Part shown: in pieces, positions 60,539 through 64,000 of the stretch
Numbering within the stretch: position 1 is the first letter of the stretch
Layout of the letters: each line of letters opens with the position of its first letter
Assembly: GCA_964016885.1 (NCBI GenBank)
Contig: OZ024740.1
Coordinates: forward strand, 265,236,001 to 265,300,000
Length of the DNA: 64,000 nucleotides
From: Eledone cirrhosa
Taxonomy: Eukaryota
Direction: 5' to 3'
The notes under the pieces: generated by a model
What the model was told of the DNA's origin: nothing
Databases searched by the model: none
Seen by the model: the letters and a program-made list of their open reading frames with translations, nothing else
Program-made: the position numbers and the translations under genes

Positions 60539-63443
60539 TATTTCTCTTAAGTCAATGTTGTTTGTTTCGGTGTTGTTATTCCATTCATTTTTTCTGTTTA
60601 GCTTTAGCCTTCTAAGCTCTATATCGCTTGCCTCTCTGATGTGCTTACATGCTGGGTCATTTCTATGTTTAGATATTATTTTAATTTCTATGATGTTTAT
60701 GTTACCGTCATGTTGTTGTCTGGCGTGTTCGTATAGTACTGAACCGTTTTTTTCGACCTTTTAATTCCCCCCAGTGTTGGTCTATCCTTTCTCCTATACT
60801 TCGGGCTGCCTCGCGTATCTATTTTGTTGTCATGTTTCTGCAAGTAACCTGTGTACATCTTATGCTATAGACTGCATTTCTAGATTTACAGTGTATCTGG
60901 GGGTTTACTTTACATATAACACATTTCCTATTAGTTCTGTGGGTTTTCTTAAAAGGTTATGTTTTGCTGATCAGGGATTTTATGGTAGTTCCTGGCTTTT
61001 CTACCACTTTAATCTTAAAGTGGGTCTTTCTCAGGGCCTTTCTACACTGGTTAGCTAATTTCCCTCCAGGAGTAGCGTCCACGAACATGTCACTCTGGTT
61101 TCTCTGGTTGTCGTACCATGAGGTGGCTTTCCTTATCTTATGTTTAGTCCTATCTAAGCTATTCCATGATTTTCTCCTGTATAATGGGCAAATTCATTTC
61201 ATGTCCAGTTCTATGAGGGTCTTATACTTCTCCGTGGCTCCTTTGTATACTCTTATTCTGTCTCATTCTTTGTAACCAGAGAACTGCATGCGGTCGATGG
61301 ATGTGTCTTTCCAATTCTGTTGAGTCCCACATGCGGGACACGTACTTCATCACTCGTACCATGTCTGCGATCAAATATTAAACTTAACACTACTGGACAT
61401 TGCTGAGTTAGAATAAAAAGGTTGGCAACGTCTCCAGCTATACTGACGCCAATGGCTGCCCCCGCATTTTGGGTGTAGATAGTTTCGTTGAATTTGAATA
61501 TATGGCCCTCTAGGGTAGTTTTAATACTAGCCCCTTTTGCATGCGCGACCATTTTTCTTACCTGATCGTTGTTTTGGGGGGTCCGTATGACTTTGGTCCA
61601 CCCAATCCACCTTCCCATGGGAGTCTTTTTTGCCATTGAGGTTATGGTGGGTGGTCTACTTCTTATGGGTCTACTGGGCCAGAAACGGCTAAGGTCATGG
61701 CTGTCTAGGTAGTCAGTGTCAGAAGTAAGTCAAGTAGCTTGCCCAGTTCGTCTGTGTCGACGTCGCAGAACTCCCCCTCACTCTCACTGATTATCTCCAG
61801 ACATTTTTCCACAGCAAAATCAATGTTAATGGATGGGTATAGTGACATCATGTCCATACTGCTTATTATGCAGGTAGATAGGTTTTTGTTTTTGTTGCAC
61901 TCATTGATTCTGCTGAATATGTCCTCTGTACTATCACATACATCTGGGGACATGTTGATTATGGGGAGTATAACCATTGAGAGGAAGTAGGAGATCCTGT
62001 AGGTGCTAGCTATATTAGCTCCGCATACAGGTCTTGTTGGTGGTCCTATTGTCGGGTCGTCGACTGTCTTATGGTCTTTGCGGAGCCCTTACAAGTGTGG
62101 TATGCCATTGTTAGACGCCTGGAAGTTGTTGGCAGTGTGTCTGCTTGGGTTTAGGATGTCGGTCCACATCATCATGTGAGCGTTGAGGATCTTCTCTCTC
62201 TCCCCTCATGTGTTGTTGTGTAATTTCGCTTGTGTTGGTAATTTTGGGTTGCATAGCCTTGATGTAGTTCGGCATGCTGTCTATCGACATATTACCAGAC
62301 TTATCTGTGGGTAGACACACTACCTCACCCTCCCTTGTCCACTGCTTGAGGCTAACTAAGCCTTCTACCGGTTTCCTTCCAAGTTGTTGGACCTCTGGTC
62401 TGCTTTGTCTCTTAGTTTATCGGTCTACTATTTGTCTAAATTTATTGCTAGCTATGGTGAACTGTGCCTCTGTCTCGTTATCTATTTGTTGTGGTATACA
62501 AACCCTTTTATTCAAGGGTAACCTCGTAGGATAAATGTTACTCATCTTATATGTTTTGTCAGCTGGATTGAAGAATAGTTTCTCTAAGGGGTTGTCATTA
62601 TAGCAATTGTCATAGTTGTGTGTGTTGCTATTATTGTTATTATGGTTGTTGTTGTTACTTTTATTATTATGTTTCTTGTTTTTGTTGCTGTTGTTGTTGT
62701 TGTTTTTGTTGTTGTTAATGTTGCTACTCGTATTATTCCCATTATTACCACTGTGGTTGTTGTTGTTGTGTCTGTCGTTAATGTTTCTATTATTATTATT
62801 GTAGTTGTTGTTGTTGTTCTGTCTATCGTTCATATTATTACCATTATTATTAATACTATTTCTCACTCTCCTGCTTTTGTTATTGTTATGACTATTACTA
62901 TTATAGCTGTTATTTCTATACTCAGAGTTATTGTTTATATTACTATTATCGTTATTATTATTGTTGTTGTCCGTATAGTTGTTGTTGTTTATTTTCTCAT
63001 TGCAACGTATTTCAGCGAAACACTTTTCCAGCTCCGTTTTACACTCGAGTGTAAAACGGAGCTGGAAAAGTGTTTCACTAAAATACGTTGGAATGAGAAA
63101 ATAAACAAATGTGAAATAGAAGTAATATAATAGAAATAACAGCTAAAATAGTAAAAGTCATAAGAATAGTATTTCTACATTGAAATCTAGCACATCGGCA
63201 AAACGAGTGGATAAAATGAATACCAGACGTGATAAAATAATACTGGTGATGACAGGAACGACTTTAAGGCTGTGTTAAGGCATGGGCACAGTCTAATGGC
63301 TGAAACAATGAAACAATATATATATGTACTATGTAAGAACATATATATATTATTTTAAAGCTTTATAATTAAGGCCCTGTTACAGCTCGGTCGCAGTCCA
63401 ATGGCTGAAACGATTAAAAGAATAAAAGAAGGTAACATTATAT

Positions 63444-63591
63444 ATGCTTTCTAGCATAGTTACGTCCCTTTACGGTCTGAGTTCAAATCCCGCCGTGGTT
63501 TACTTTGCCTTTCATCCTTACGGGGTCGATAAAATAAAGTACCAGTAATGCACTGGGTAATTGCTGGCCTTGTGCCTAAAGTAGAAACAAT
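63444..63591 (+). mobile_element. 5'-truncated SINE (same family as 11769-11955)
   Basis: Near-identical reverse complement of 11769-11915. Confidence 0.85.
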
Positions 63592-63724
<133 letters not shown>

Positions 63725-63819
63725 GTATGATAAGTATTTCCGAAGAAAAACCAGAAGAAGAAAGAGTGCTCTATGTATAATACAGAGCTATTTAACTAGA
63801 AAGCGAACAACACAGTATA

Positions 63820-64000
63820 TAACCAAAGGTTTCAGGAACCTAGACATATGTAATAAGATGTGTTGAAACAGATATTGTTAAACTTTAGGAAGATCATGCT
63901 GTCAATAAAAACACACGTACCTGTTTTTTTTTTTCATTTCAATTTATTAAATATTTTTGGTTGATTGGTTGTTTGGTTGGTTCGATAACCAGATGGTTGT
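63820..64000 (-). mobile_element. Family A terminal-repeat end running off the window
   Basis: Similar to 37540-37715. Confidence 0.65.

Larger units (their letters stand above)
59851..63170 (-). mobile_element. PLE carrying the family A terminal repeat: Asn-rich N-terminus, RT, GIY-YIG; degenerate, with a 5' fold-back
   Basis: PTDKSG, PTRPVCGA, SMDMMSLYPSI, YTQNAGAAIGVSIAGDVANLF and CKSRNAVYSIRC; hammerhead motif 60247-60288; palindrome 62985-63108. Confidence 0.85.

Noticed and set aside
61260-61412. Apparent foreign segment where the RT YxDD motif is expected, containing GTGATGA..GAAA on the minus strand
   Set aside because: Stems inconsistent and origin unresolved; treated as an indel in a dead element.

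Overview
AT-rich eukaryotic repeat DNA, most likely octopus/cephalopod (inferred from composition and SINE types). No host gene could be supported; most ORF-track entries are (TA)n/(CA)n artefacts. The window is a stack of decayed elements: at least four Penelope-like element (PLE) bodies of three types (Neptune-like, Hydra-like, and one with a long insert in the RT fingers), an R4/Dong-like LINE, L1/Tx1, CR1/L2 and RTE fragments, an hATm-type transposon, a solo LTR and tRNA-derived SINEs. Main result: about 20 type-I hammerhead ribozyme motifs in about 8 sequence families, read by eye in PLE terminal repeats and short non-coding (TA)n-inserted elements. They show stem-II covariation between copies, long or branched stem-II variants and U3-A8 core variants. 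Fold-back palindromes up to 1.19 kb are pervasive. The PLE-hammerhead link is already known; the specific architectures here are the candidates for novelty. No folding or database search was run.
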